Virus record (IMG/VR): IMGVR_UViG_3300032320_002211
Location: 1 to 30,074 of that record
DNA from: a virus
Lineage: Duplodnaviria > Caudoviricetes
Length of the DNA: 30,074 nucleotides
Reading direction: 5' to 3' (one strand)
Below are positions 1 through 10,279 of this stretch, piece after piece (position 1 is the stretch's first letter; the number at the start of each line of letters is the position of its first letter). The notes under the pieces are model-generated. The model did no database searches. It was not told the origin of the DNA and saw only the letters and a program-made list of their open reading frames with translations. Made by a program: the position numbers and the translations under genes.

Positions 1-110
1 TCAACTAAGTCGTCGATCTGGTCATCATCAACGTTAATCTCTAATACAGGGGCACCTAGGCGTCTTAGGCAGTAATCTATAAGTTGTTGCCTACTTGCTG
101 GTTTTGCCAT
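1..110 (-). CDS. gp13: Neck protein gp13, 5' part (runs off the window)
   Basis: Hand translation from ATG at 110: MAKPASRQQLIDYCLRRLGAPVLEINVDDDQIDDLV, the typical T4 gp13 N-terminus (LRRLGAPV.EINV). Start overlaps the upstream stop (TAATG). Not in ORF track. Confidence 0.93.
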   Translation of the reverse strand, partial: MAKPASRQQLIDYCLRRLGAPVLEINVDDDQIDDLV

Positions 111-574
111 TAGTATGTTCCTCCATCTATGGTATTAGACCAGGTTGGTACACCAGAATTGTTTGTTGTAAGTATATAGTTGGTATAATTAATTGCAGAA
201 CTGGTTGAACCGGTAGAAACCATAAGACCAGAAGAATTAAAATATGCAACTCCTCCAGTATTATATTGTCCATAATAAAAAGCACCTGAAACAGTTGCAA
301 TTCCAGTTATATTAGCATTTCTGGCAGTAAATTCATCAAATTTTAAATCATCTTGTATATAAAGATCACCACCAATATATACATCACTTCTAAAAGTTGC
401 TACTCCAACAAATGTTGATATGCCAGCAACATACAACTGAGAAACATTTATAGGTCCATTTCCAATTAAGTTTATAGCATTTCTTGAGTTTTCAGAAAAT
501 GCAGCTCCACCAGAAACACTCGCAACTATCTTTGCTGTGTTTTGTTGACCAACTCTTACTTTTATGTCGGACAT
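110..574 (-). CDS. Small virion/fibre-like protein (154 aa)
   Basis: G/S/T/N-rich beta-type sequence with GIST/GIAT motifs, a G.P.W motif and C-terminal DGGTY, as in cyanophage fibre proteins. Coupled to both neighbours. Confidence 0.7.
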   Translation of the reverse strand: MSDIKVRVGQQNTAKIVASVSGGAAFSENSRNAINLIGNGPINVSQLYVAGISTFVGVATFRSDVYIGGDLYIQDDLKFDEFTARNANITGIATVSGAFYYGQYNTGGVAYFNSSGLMVSTGSTSSAINYTNYILTTNNSGVPTWSNTIDGGTY

Positions 575-918
575 TATCTAGTAACCCCTTCCCTTACGAG
601 AACCATTCCTTCAACTACTCTTGTTTTAATCCCATAAATGTCACTAATTATGATATCATATACATATCTACCTGGTTTCAATGGTGATGTATTTTGTGCT
701 GATAAAGATAAGTATATTTGTCCCAAAGTTGGTGGATTTGTTATAGTAGTGCCAAAACTCACAGAGGTTGAACTACCAGACCATTTTCTAAATTGGGCAT
801 TCACATTATAACCTGTTAAATTTAACGCAGAATTGCTGCCAGTACCTTCCAACGTAAAAGACTGTGAAAAATCTGCACCAGAATTTATTACTAGATTAGT
901 GACATATACTGCTGCCAT
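574..918 (-). CDS. Conserved cyanophage virion protein (BppU-N/Ig-like adaptor, 114 aa)
   Basis: NLVINSGADF...LNLTGY...AQFRK...PGRYVYD...RVVEG pattern common next to gp13 in cyanomyophages. Preceded by a late promoter. Confidence 0.75.
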   Translation of the reverse strand: MAAVYVTNLVINSGADFSQSFTLEGTGSNSALNLTGYNVNAQFRKWSGSSTSVSFGTTITNPPTLGQIYLSLSAQNTSPLKPGRYVYDIIISDIYGIKTRVVEGMVLVREGVTR

Positions 919-943
919 TTAACCATCTTTAAGATCTACTTTC

Positions 944-951
944 TATTTATA
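944..951 (-). promoter_or_regulatory. T4-type late promoter TATAAATA
   Basis: Exact gp55 consensus on the minus strand, ~26 nt upstream of the ATG at 918. Confidence 0.85.
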
Positions 952-952
952 T

Positions 953-1123
953 TTACAAAGAACCAATAGATAATAATACTTCTTGCTGCTGCAAATATAA
1001 TTTGCAATATGATTTTGCAAACATTCTTAACTCATCTTCATTCAATTTATCTATGATTCTAACCTGTTGCTCATATTCAAATAATTTGTGAAAACTTTCC
1101 AATTCAATATTATTTGGATCCAT
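953..1123 (-). CDS. NblA-like small helical protein (56 aa; putative phycobilisome degradation adaptor)
   Basis: Not in ORF track. Hand translation MDPNNIELESFHKLFEYEQQVRIIDKLNEDELRMFAKSYCKLYLQQQEVLLSIGSL. Fills the gap and overlaps the upstream ORF by 14 nt. Length and hydrophobic pattern match NblA (helix-loop-helix). Confidence 0.65.
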   Translation of the reverse strand: MDPNNIELESFHKLFEYEQQVRIIDKLNEDELRMFAKSYCKLYLQQQEVLLSIGSL

Positions 1124-1310
1124 TTAATAACTCCTTAAGAAGAAATTTAATTTCGTCAATATCCTTTCTCATTTCACTCAATTCTCTTTTTTGAGAATCT
1201 CTGATAGACAATGAGCTCAAATATTGATTATAAGATGCAGAGTCACAATTTACAATTGCTCCTGATCGTTCATCTCTATAGAGATTCTGATGTCCTTCTA
1301 CTCTTATCAT
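1110..1310 (-). CDS. Conserved small coiled-coil protein downstream of vrlC (66 aa)
   Basis: MIRVEGHQNLYRD..SGAIVN.D followed by a heptad tail (EL..MRKDIDEIK.LLKELL). Overlaps the vrlC stop (ATGA). Confidence 0.85.
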   Translation of the reverse strand: MIRVEGHQNLYRDERSGAIVNCDSASYNQYLSSLSIRDSQKRELSEMRKDIDEIKFLLKELLNGSK

Positions 1311-4300
1311 CTTACCGCAAGTGTCCTGAGTTCTTTGATTCTTGGTGGATATGCTTGATTAGTTCCGGACATTACAATTTTAATAGTATACCCACTAAAT
1401 AACCCCAAATTATCAGCAGTAAATTGATACTCTAGGAATTGGTTATCAAGACTTGGTGATACAAAAGTATCTGGTAATCCACTATTTTTTGATTGATCTA
1501 AAACTTTATATCCATCAGTAGTTGTATATGTCAAATTATCATATCCTGGGAATAATTCAAATGATTGATCAACCTCACTAGAATCTGGTCTAATTAAACT
1601 ATAAAGAACTCTGAAATCGGCAGAAGAATGACGATATGCTGATAAAATAACCTTTAACGTAGTGGCTGGTTGAGCCAAATTCACGGTATTTGAGACGTAT
1701 ACTGCAGCATGTGGATCGTTTAATACCGAATTAACTCTACCATCTAGTGCATAATCTGAAATCGGATTATTTAAACGACTTGAAATAAACTCAGTAAAAG
1801 CAGTATTTAAGTAAATGATTGGAGATAGATTACTATCTGAGGTATTAAGTGTTATTCCAGTAGTAAATGATTTATTTCTTGGTAGATTGTCAAGATACTC
1901 AATTTCATTTTCCTTAGAGCATACAAGTCTTACTGATCTTAAAGGATTTAATGCATTTAACTGAATCGGTTCAAATCCATTATCAAGGAATGATGTTTCA
2001 TTGCCACCAACACTAGTTCCGGAAGTGGTCCTAACAATTGCTGTAGCAGAGGTAGAAGAACCTGGAGTAATAATGTCATAATGAGGTACTATTGAACTAT
2101 ATTGAATATTTTCGGTTGCAAGTACTTTAGAACCTCCTAGATTTGCCTCTGAAGTAAATGATAATTGTGGCATATTTGCGGGTGTTCCGTCAGCACTTCT
2201 ATTAATTCCATTCAAACTCCTATTAACTTCAATATAGTACCTATCCAATCCAATCTGCAAATCACTAATATCGTGAGTAGTATTAATTCTCCTTAAAGAA
2301 ACTCCATTTAATTCATACTTATATACTAAACTATTGATATCATGTGGAGTTACAATTGTCGAATCAATTCCTCTTCCACTGGCAGCAATTGTTAAAGATC
2401 CATTTCCTACACTAATGTAGGAAATAATTTCATTTTCAATTTTTACATATCCAGGATTATTGGATCCTACTGCAACTCCCTCAAAGGTTCCAAAGTTTGA
2501 AGTATTTCCAATACTGATAGTTGCTACTTCTTGTGGAGTCAATGTTGCAGAAAGAGTAGTCGGTGCTGTGCTAGATTGCGCATCTCTAATAGAAAGTTTA
2601 TTAGTTTTTCCACACATTCCGTGATCAAAATGATCAACTCTCATAAAGTTTCCGGAATATTGATTCCCAGAACTTGAAGAACTTCTAATAATAGTACTTG
2701 CAAGAGATACTAATGTACCACTATTATTATAGTAACTTACTCCAGCACCAACAGTAAAGGATTCTCCCTGAACATTTGATAAGTATAAAGTATCGAGACT
2801 ATTTCCAATTGCACCAATAGTAATTCTTGCATTTTTTCCTGTATTGGATGAAACAGAGGAAGTTACTATTCCAACTACATCTCCAATAGCATATCCATTT
2901 CCTGGATTTACGGTGGATATTCCTGTAATTGTCCCATTGGTTGCTGTGATATTCAATACGAGACCGGAACCACTCCCAGTAATACTATAAGTATTTACAG
3001 AAGTATCTGTAACATAATTGCTTCCACCAGTAGTAAGACCTACCAATGAGACAGAACTTCCTGTTCCAACAACATAACCATAAACATAATTTTTTGCCCC
3101 ATCAACAACCTTCCTACCCTTAGACAAATCACTAATTAATGATGTATTTGTTATGGTAGTAATTCCTACAGTAAGTGTTTTTGGTAAAGTTGTTAATGGA
3201 TTATTGCCCAATCTCTCAACATATCCATTACTTTCATCCAATGTTGGATTATAGAAGAATGCAGTTCCAGTTGATGATGTAAATTGTGCCTTATAGAGTT
3301 TAAACTTAAGGTCTTGATATTGATTTGCAGTCCATATGGATCCATTCTGTGATTTAAACAGACTTCCCATAGAGAACTGTTTGGAATAAGTAACACTATC
3401 AGCATCTGGAAGTGATTGAGTGTTTACTGTCTTTTCGCCCATAACAGCAGTCCATAATTCATATTGATCACTATTTTCAGAAATGATTACGACAGCATAT
3501 TCTCTTCCAGGTGGTAAATAAATTGGTTCATCAAAAGTAACTTTAGTTGCAACTTCACCATTAGATGAGACATTAACTTGATCCGGTCTTAATGTGACCG
3601 AATTTCCAATAACAATTCTTGTAGGTGTTCCCAGTTCAACAGTTCTTATTTCAACTTTTACTGTAGCATTACCACTATCCTTACTTGCAAAGAATAAATC
3701 AATAGCAGTTAAGAACGCCCCATTTACATCATCATTTGAAGAATTTGGTGAAGGTGCCTCTACATTGCCACCGACAACAAATGATTGTGCAAGTGGATCA
3801 ACAAATCTTTGTTCTGTTATTGTTGTATGGGTGTTTATTGTTGTAATTGATTGTGTTGTATTTGTTGTTAAGTTAGTTACTGTTTGTGTTGTTAAGTTAT
3901 TTGTATTTGTAGTGACAGTATTCTCCCACTGTTCAAGAGTTCCATCTGAATTATAATTTGTTTCTGCAGATGAAATTGAATTGCTACCAGGAAGACCCAA
4001 ATCATTTGTTGAACTTGATGTCAATTTAAATGTCTTAGTTCCCGTATTAATTCTAACTGTTGGAGTTGGATTTGTATTTGGATCTTTTAAATAGAATGCT
4101 CCAATCAAATCACCATAATTATCGGAGATTAGTCTTAAATCCTTTACATAGGCAACTGCACCACTGGTCTGTCCAACCAGTCTCATACCTTTAACCAAAT
4201 ATCCAGAATATTTTCCCTGAGCTTCTTCTGATAATGAAATTGTGTCAATATTGAGAATTTTCGATGATTGACTATATGCTGATGGTATGGATTCACTCTT

Positions 4301-7300
4301 AGCATATGGATTCGTTACATATGTTGCCGATGGTGAATTGAATTTTCCATATTTATGATTTGGAGATGCAATTCTGAATGAAATTAAATTATTACCACTA
4401 GATGTTCCGATAACAGTTTCACCAACCGTAAATGCTCCAGAAGCACCATAATTTGCTAATGTAGAATCATTTGCTATCTCAACCAATTTGGGAATAAAAT
4501 CAACACCACTATTTCCATCAAGGAACTGATAAAATTGTGTTCCTGGTTTAAGATTAGATGCAGAAAATTGAGTATTTCTGGATCTCATAAACGTTTCATC
4601 TGATGATGACACTAAAACATTCCTAATAGTAGTATCAGTATTGCTTGTTGTGTCATAATCAATATTTTGTGTTGTATTGGATGTTGTAGTGGTAGAAGTT
4701 GATGAAGATTCTGATGTGGAACTGCTGGATTCGGTCCAATTTCCAAGTCCATATATGTCTGGAAGATTGACTGTACTACTACTTGTAGTTTGAATAGGAG
4801 TTAGAGTAACAAAGGCATTGTTTACTAGGTTTCTTTCAAGTGTTCTCGTGGAATTAAGTGTTATACTGATATTTTTATCGGGAAGTTGAACGGTTCTTAC
4901 CCAAGTATCAATTTCTGGACTTAATTTGAGATTTCCACTATAAACAATAACATTGAATGGATTTACATTTTCAACTGTTGTTGCAAATGCTTGTTCAATC
5001 CATCCAATAGATTCATACTTTAATGTTACAGAATTTCCTGTTTTTTGGATATTTGGATCCAATAATTCAAAATTTTCAGATAGATCTAAATCTTCATCAG
5101 TAACTGCCGTTGCTGGTGCAATTTGAGATTTGAGTGAATTTCTACTAGTAATTGGTGTTAGTTCATTTGCTGCAGTATTGACTCTAATATTTGATAATTG
5201 TTTGTTGATCAATGAATAATTTTTAAAGTCATCGACAAAAAATCCACTCTTAAATCTATTCCTACCTTCAGAGTCTTGAATTTGAAGAGTTTGTGTATTG
5301 ATTTCAAGTAATGATAATGAAGTAACTCTTTCTAGATTTTCAACTCTATCCTGAATTAACCCAATATCTCTCATCGTATATCTTCTATTATCCACCAACG
5401 ACAAAATAGCATCAGATGGACTATAAAGATATGGGGGCAACTTGATGGTTGCAATTTCCATTACAGCATCATTTTTATTTGGTGCTTTAGGATCTTTTGA
5501 TGATATTCCTTTTTCAAGAATAAATTTCCCAAATTTATCAAGGTATAATTTGTCAATTCTTGGTAGATAATAGTCATATCCAATTAATGAACTTTCATTT
5601 GGAGAAAGAATTAATTTTGGTTCAACAGTAAAGTTTCTTGAAGAAAAATCAAACGGTGATGAACTGGTTCCAGAGAATACTGGAACTCTTGGTCTAAAGT
5701 CCAAAGTATCAGAAGATCTTACAGATCTTGGTCCAATAGTTGGAACATCATTTGCAAATCTATCTTGATTGTAACTTAATACGGTAAATACATCACCATT
5801 GTCATTGGATGGTACAGAATAATAATCAAATACTATTAATAATTTTTTGGAAGGTTCTGCTTCACCCTTATTCCTAATAATTTTGGAATAATCATAGTAT
5901 TGATCTTTTTGCCCTTTATCTAAAATATATGAATTTGTTATGTCCTTATACTTACCTAAAGTAATAGATTCAATTTCTGTAGTTATATTTGAATCTTCAA
6001 ATATAACAGTTTCTCCTTTTGCCAATCTTTCTGGATTTAAATATACGATTCCCAAAACATTTGTTGATGGTTTTGAAACAATTCTTGCAACTGCCTTACT
6101 AGTACTTCCTAATAAATTTTCACCAATAATTGCGTTTGTCGTTACATTAGAACTAGATGTAAATTGAACTTGATCCAAGGTAGGTGCCGAAGAATCAAAT
6201 GATTCATATATTGATATGACCTTTACAACATCTGGATAATTTAGAGATATCTCTTCATCTTGAACTCTTAGTCCATAATATTGATTATATGTGAGACCAT
6301 CACCAATTGAAGAACTGATCCCACTTCCAGATTGGGAATATTTTGATAATGATACTGATAAAGTTTGACTTCTATTATATTCTTTTATTTTACTTTGAAT
6401 TCCATTTTTAATTAGAGTTGTATTTACTGTAATATTACTCTGACCAGCAGTTAATCCACTAATAGTTACTGTATTACCACTAAGAGAAAATTGATCTGAA
6501 GTTACTGTTCCAATTCCACCTCCAGAATAATGGACAGAATATCTTTCTTGATCAAATGAAGCAAAAAATGCACTAGTAATTCCAGTAACTGCGGATAAAT
6601 TAAACGTTAATATTCCACCAGGTGTAGATTGTCCTGTTATTTGTTCAGAAACTGTCAATAATGAATCTGAAAGATTTACTGAAGAAATATTGGAATCTGG
6701 AAGTTGTGCATATAGATATCCTGCACCTTCATTTCTTATAATTGGTGCTCCTAATGTAATATTATAAGTTCCATTTGTAACTGTTCCTGAGTAGATGCCA
6801 GAAACACCAGATCCAGCCGTGGTAATATTTAATGATAACCCATCAGAAGCAACATTAGTTACTCTATTAAACGTCTCATCACCAGTTGTAGTTTGATATC
6901 TAATAATTGATCCAACTTTTACTCCAGTAAATACCTTTCCTGGACTTGTTACAGTATTTCCACCACTAATAGTTGCGTTAACTACTCCATTTGGAAGTCT
7001 AAATCTTTCAAGTAAACAATCTGCATTAAAATTAACTGGAAGTCCCGATACAGCAGTACTTTGATATACTGATTTAATATCTTCAGTAGAATATGAAGTT
7101 ACATTTTTAATGGTTCTTGAAAAATCAATACCATTAATAATCAATTGCTCTCCAACTGAAAATGTTCCGGAAGTTTGACTTAAATTAATTGTATCAGATC
7201 CACCACCAGCAGCAACTGCATATCCACTGGCACCACTACTTTTACCCTTTATAAATGATGTTGCTGGCAATTCTGAACTTGAAACTGAAGAATTTAAAAC

Positions 7301-8680
7301 TAGTGTTGTATATGTTTGAATATCATAAAGGTAAAGATCCCAATTAGTTGCTGCATTAGTATAAGCAGCATCTGTCAAACTAAAGTTATATACTCTAGCA
7401 GCACCAATTGTAGTCCCTACTCCCGCAAACCTATTGTTCAATTCTACTGGATACCTCTTTTTTGGTGTGCCAGATACGTTATTAACTCTTATAATATTCC
7501 CCATTTCAAAGGGAATATTGACATTATCTACAGATTTAGTATCTCTTGGTTTTTGGACATCAATAATGGTTGTTGAGATTTTTTCTACATCATATCCCTT
7601 TACATAAGCCTTTCCAGGAGATATTTTTATACACATTAAATCATCTGAAGGAGGATTTCCCTCTTCAGTTGTTTCTGTATCAAAAAATAATCCATTATTG
7701 CCCAGTCTATCATTTAATGAATTATGTATTGATGGATTAAATTGAGTTACTGCATAATCACCAGACTCGTCATAAGTTCTTTCTGCCAAGTAATCACGAA
7801 TTATATTATATTGAGTTTTAGTTTCACTCTTTTTAATTTTTCCATCTTGAACCCTCAACAATTCAACAAAATCAGTATCGTTAGTATCGGATAATAATTT
7901 TTTAGTTAGTGTTAAATTGAGTTTAAATCTATCTGCACCTGGAGCAGCATAATTTGTAAATCCTTTTGCATTATCATATAATGAACTGTCATCTTTTGCA
8001 CTAATAAGCAATTCGTCAATCTTTAATCCAACTCTATATGATGGAGTATTTGTATAGTTATCAAGAATTATTGTCTGCTTGGATACCTTTGCAAAATAAC
8101 CTCTAATAAAATAGACACCATCTCCAATAGATGCTGCAGATCCTATTGAAGTTGCATTTAAAGAAATTAGAGAAGCAAAAGGAGTTCCTGCATTAATTGT
8201 CGTATTTCCATAAGTTATATTTTCTGAGGCAATTAATGATTCTCCATCCTCGAATGGATTGAATTTAAAATTAATATCAGAATCTAAGTATTTTACGTAT
8301 ATTGTTAAATCTTCTACATTGATATCATCAGGAAGAGCAACATATTGAATCGTTGCAGTTGTTCCTGATATTTGTCCAGTTATTTTTTTACCGATAAAAT
8401 TATCGATATAAACCGAAATATCAACACCAAAATTAGTTGGATTGAGTTTTACTGAATAAAATTGCCCGTCATAAGCAATATTACCTGGGATCACCATTGA
8501 TCCTTCTTTAAATATATGACTTCCAAAGGATTCTACTTGATTCTGTAGAATTGATTGTAAAGTCGTCAGTTCTCTTGCTTGAACTGGATACCCTGGTTTA
8601 AATAAGACTTTATAAAAATTCTTTTGAGAATCAAAATCATCATAATATGGACTGATATTTAAATTTGTTTTTTGTGCCAT
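1307..8680 (-). CDS. vrlC: VrlC-like large virion structural protein (DUF4815-type, 2457 aa)
   Basis: N-terminal NLNISPYYDDF...VLFKPGYPVQARELTTLQSILQNQ, APGADR, RTYDESGDY, RFKSGFFVDDF, DPLAQSF, DLKFKLY. Directly follows gp8. Confidence 0.88.
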   Translation of the reverse strand: MAQKTNLNISPYYDDFDSQKNFYKVLFKPGYPVQARELTTLQSILQNQVESFGSHIFKEGSMVIPGNIAYDGQFYSVKLNPTNFGVDISVYIDNFIGKKITGQISGTTATIQYVALPDDINVEDLTIYVKYLDSDINFKFNPFEDGESLIASENITYGNTTINAGTPFASLISLNATSIGSAASIGDGVYFIRGYFAKVSKQTIILDNYTNTPSYRVGLKIDELLISAKDDSSLYDNAKGFTNYAAPGADRFKLNLTLTKKLLSDTNDTDFVELLRVQDGKIKKSETKTQYNIIRDYLAERTYDESGDYAVTQFNPSIHNSLNDRLGNNGLFFDTETTEEGNPPSDDLMCIKISPGKAYVKGYDVEKISTTIIDVQKPRDTKSVDNVNIPFEMGNIIRVNNVSGTPKKRYPVELNNRFAGVGTTIGAARVYNFSLTDAAYTNAATNWDLYLYDIQTYTTLVLNSSVSSSELPATSFIKGKSSGASGYAVAAGGGSDTINLSQTSGTFSVGEQLIINGIDFSRTIKNVTSYSTEDIKSVYQSTAVSGLPVNFNADCLLERFRLPNGVVNATISGGNTVTSPGKVFTGVKVGSIIRYQTTTGDETFNRVTNVASDGLSLNITTAGSGVSGIYSGTVTNGTYNITLGAPIIRNEGAGYLYAQLPDSNISSVNLSDSLLTVSEQITGQSTPGGILTFNLSAVTGITSAFFASFDQERYSVHYSGGGIGTVTSDQFSLSGNTVTISGLTAGQSNITVNTTLIKNGIQSKIKEYNRSQTLSVSLSKYSQSGSGISSSIGDGLTYNQYYGLRVQDEEISLNYPDVVKVISIYESFDSSAPTLDQVQFTSSSNVTTNAIIGENLLGSTSKAVARIVSKPSTNVLGIVYLNPERLAKGETVIFEDSNITTEIESITLGKYKDITNSYILDKGQKDQYYDYSKIIRNKGEAEPSKKLLIVFDYYSVPSNDNGDVFTVLSYNQDRFANDVPTIGPRSVRSSDTLDFRPRVPVFSGTSSSPFDFSSRNFTVEPKLILSPNESSLIGYDYYLPRIDKLYLDKFGKFILEKGISSKDPKAPNKNDAVMEIATIKLPPYLYSPSDAILSLVDNRRYTMRDIGLIQDRVENLERVTSLSLLEINTQTLQIQDSEGRNRFKSGFFVDDFKNYSLINKQLSNIRVNTAANELTPITSRNSLKSQIAPATAVTDEDLDLSENFELLDPNIQKTGNSVTLKYESIGWIEQAFATTVENVNPFNVIVYSGNLKLSPEIDTWVRTVQLPDKNISITLNSTRTLERNLVNNAFVTLTPIQTTSSSTVNLPDIYGLGNWTESSSSTSESSSTSTTTTSNTTQNIDYDTTSNTDTTIRNVLVSSSDETFMRSRNTQFSASNLKPGTQFYQFLDGNSGVDFIPKLVEIANDSTLANYGASGAFTVGETVIGTSSGNNLISFRIASPNHKYGKFNSPSATYVTNPYAKSESIPSAYSQSSKILNIDTISLSEEAQGKYSGYLVKGMRLVGQTSGAVAYVKDLRLISDNYGDLIGAFYLKDPNTNPTPTVRINTGTKTFKLTSSSTNDLGLPGSNSISSAETNYNSDGTLEQWENTVTTNTNNLTTQTVTNLTTNTTQSITTINTHTTITEQRFVDPLAQSFVVGGNVEAPSPNSSNDDVNGAFLTAIDLFFASKDSGNATVKVEIRTVELGTPTRIVIGNSVTLRPDQVNVSSNGEVATKVTFDEPIYLPPGREYAVVIISENSDQYELWTAVMGEKTVNTQSLPDADSVTYSKQFSMGSLFKSQNGSIWTANQYQDLKFKLYKAQFTSSTGTAFFYNPTLDESNGYVERLGNNPLTTLPKTLTVGITTITNTSLISDLSKGRKVVDGAKNYVYGYVVGTGSSVSLVGLTTGGSNYVTDTSVNTYSITGSGSGLVLNITATNGTITGISTVNPGNGYAIGDVVGIVTSSVSSNTGKNARITIGAIGNSLDTLYLSNVQGESFTVGAGVSYYNNSGTLVSLASTIIRSSSSSGNQYSGNFMRVDHFDHGMCGKTNKLSIRDAQSSTAPTTLSATLTPQEVATISIGNTSNFGTFEGVAVGSNNPGYVKIENEIISYISVGNGSLTIAASGRGIDSTIVTPHDINSLVYKYELNGVSLRRINTTHDISDLQIGLDRYYIEVNRSLNGINRSADGTPANMPQLSFTSEANLGGSKVLATENIQYSSIVPHYDIITPGSSTSATAIVRTTSGTSVGGNETSFLDNGFEPIQLNALNPLRSVRLVCSKENEIEYLDNLPRNKSFTTGITLNTSDSNLSPIIYLNTAFTEFISSRLNNPISDYALDGRVNSVLNDPHAAVYVSNTVNLAQPATTLKVILSAYRHSSADFRVLYSLIRPDSSEVDQSFELFPGYDNLTYTTTDGYKVLDQSKNSGLPDTFVSPSLDNQFLEYQFTADNLGLFSGYTIKIVMSGTNQAYPPRIKELRTLAVR

Positions 8681-8685
8681 TTTCT

Positions 8686-10254
8686 TTAGAATTCCAGAAT
8701 AATTTTAACGTCTTCTTTTTGTCTAATGTCTCTTTCTACCAGGGGTCGGTTATCAATATAAATTATGTCTCCTGTCTTTTTATTTATCTCTGGATTTGCA
8801 AGACCATTTGTAAAAGTTACTCCCAAATTTATAACCTTATTTCCAATTGTAATTTTATTATCGTTAAGTGATGTGTCTATGGATGCAGTAAATGTGCCGT
8901 TTACACTTACAATATTTTCACCATCAAATTGAAAGTCATATACATTAGGATTACGATTACTATCCCTATAATCAGTTTCATCATAGATTGTGGGGTGATA
9001 ATATAAAGATCTATCCCTAAAATATTTCAATATTTTCGTTTCACTATCGTATGATGCTACATATCCCTTTGCAATTTTTCCATCTACTCTCGTTTGTTTA
9101 ATTTCTTCCCCAACAACTGGAGTTCCACTAATTGATGTAGTAACTCCTACTGCATAAAGTGATGAGTATTGATTTTCTGTAAAGATTGTATTGGAAGTAA
9201 ATGTAGTTGGATTTTTTATAATTCCAACTTGGGCAAATTGAGTATCTGTTGGGAAATCTTTAGTAGAATCATCAAATCTGGCATATATCAATACTTTATC
9301 AGTGCCTAATTCTGAATAGATATCATACCCGTGCCCCTTAGATGGTGGAATAATTGGTATCAATTTTGCTGGATTAGGAATACTTCCGGATGGTTGAATA
9401 CTTCCCAAATCAACCATTCCCCAAGTATATCCACTACCACCAGAAACAATGACGGTAGAAGTTATTACGCCACCAGTAGTAGTAACTGAGACTTTGCCAC
9501 CAGTTCCATCACCAAGAATGTTAACTTCAGTAGTACCACTAGTGCCAGAATTGTACCCAGATCCACCATTTTCAATGTATACTTTCTTAATTTGATTTAA
9601 GTTTATATCAGAATTTCCTGCTTCCCTAACAGAAACAATTTGAGAATCCGTTGATGTTGCCCAATCGTTAGGAACTACAACATACTCTGTTGAATCAAAC
9701 TTTATAATATCACTTGGGGAAACTGAAAAAAGATATTTCCAAATATATCCATCTCCACTCACTCCTGCCGCAGATGGTTCTAAATCTGTAAAAGTAGGTT
9801 CATCTTGTGATTTATTTCCTTTTGGAGTTTGTCCAGAAGAACCATTATCAATGCAAATATAAACTCTATAATCACTATTAATTACATAATAATTTGAATC
9901 ATATAATCTACTTGAGTTTGAATTTGGTGTTGGGTTTGAGATATTATAATCGTGCCTATACATATCATAAGAAGTATTAGAAGTCCAAGTAACTTTTCTT
10001 ATAAGTCTTCTAATATTACTACCAGTAATTTTTTTGCCAAATAGTGCAGTATCTTTATAATGTCCAGAATATTGAAGATTATCAGTTGGATTTGGGATAT
10101 TGGAATCCCAATTAGTAGTTCTTCCAAATCCAACTGTTGTAGGATTAACCAGTCCTAAAAAGACATAATATGAATTATTAGGATTAGATACTACAGAATC
10201 TACAAAATTACTTGCATTCAATATTCTAAATTGGTCTGTTACGACTGCTGCCAT
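8686..10254 (-). CDS. gp8: Baseplate wedge subunit gp8 (522 aa)
   Basis: YRVYICIDN, DGYIWKYLF, PPSKGHG, GDIIYIDNR...QKEDVKIILEF. Synteny gp6-gp7-gp8. Confidence 0.92.
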   Translation of the reverse strand: MAAVVTDQFRILNASNFVDSVVSNPNNSYYVFLGLVNPTTVGFGRTTNWDSNIPNPTDNLQYSGHYKDTALFGKKITGSNIRRLIRKVTWTSNTSYDMYRHDYNISNPTPNSNSSRLYDSNYYVINSDYRVYICIDNGSSGQTPKGNKSQDEPTFTDLEPSAAGVSGDGYIWKYLFSVSPSDIIKFDSTEYVVVPNDWATSTDSQIVSVREAGNSDINLNQIKKVYIENGGSGYNSGTSGTTEVNILGDGTGGKVSVTTTGGVITSTVIVSGGSGYTWGMVDLGSIQPSGSIPNPAKLIPIIPPSKGHGYDIYSELGTDKVLIYARFDDSTKDFPTDTQFAQVGIIKNPTTFTSNTIFTENQYSSLYAVGVTTSISGTPVVGEEIKQTRVDGKIAKGYVASYDSETKILKYFRDRSLYYHPTIYDETDYRDSNRNPNVYDFQFDGENIVSVNGTFTASIDTSLNDNKITIGNKVINLGVTFTNGLANPEINKKTGDIIYIDNRPLVERDIRQKEDVKIILEF

Positions 10255-10271
10255 ATTAATAGTTTTTTAGA

Positions 10272-10279
10272 TATTTATA
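10272..10279 (-). promoter_or_regulatory. T4-type late promoter TATAAATA (overlaps gp7 stop)
   Basis: Exact consensus ~18 nt upstream of the gp8 ATG. Confidence 0.85.
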
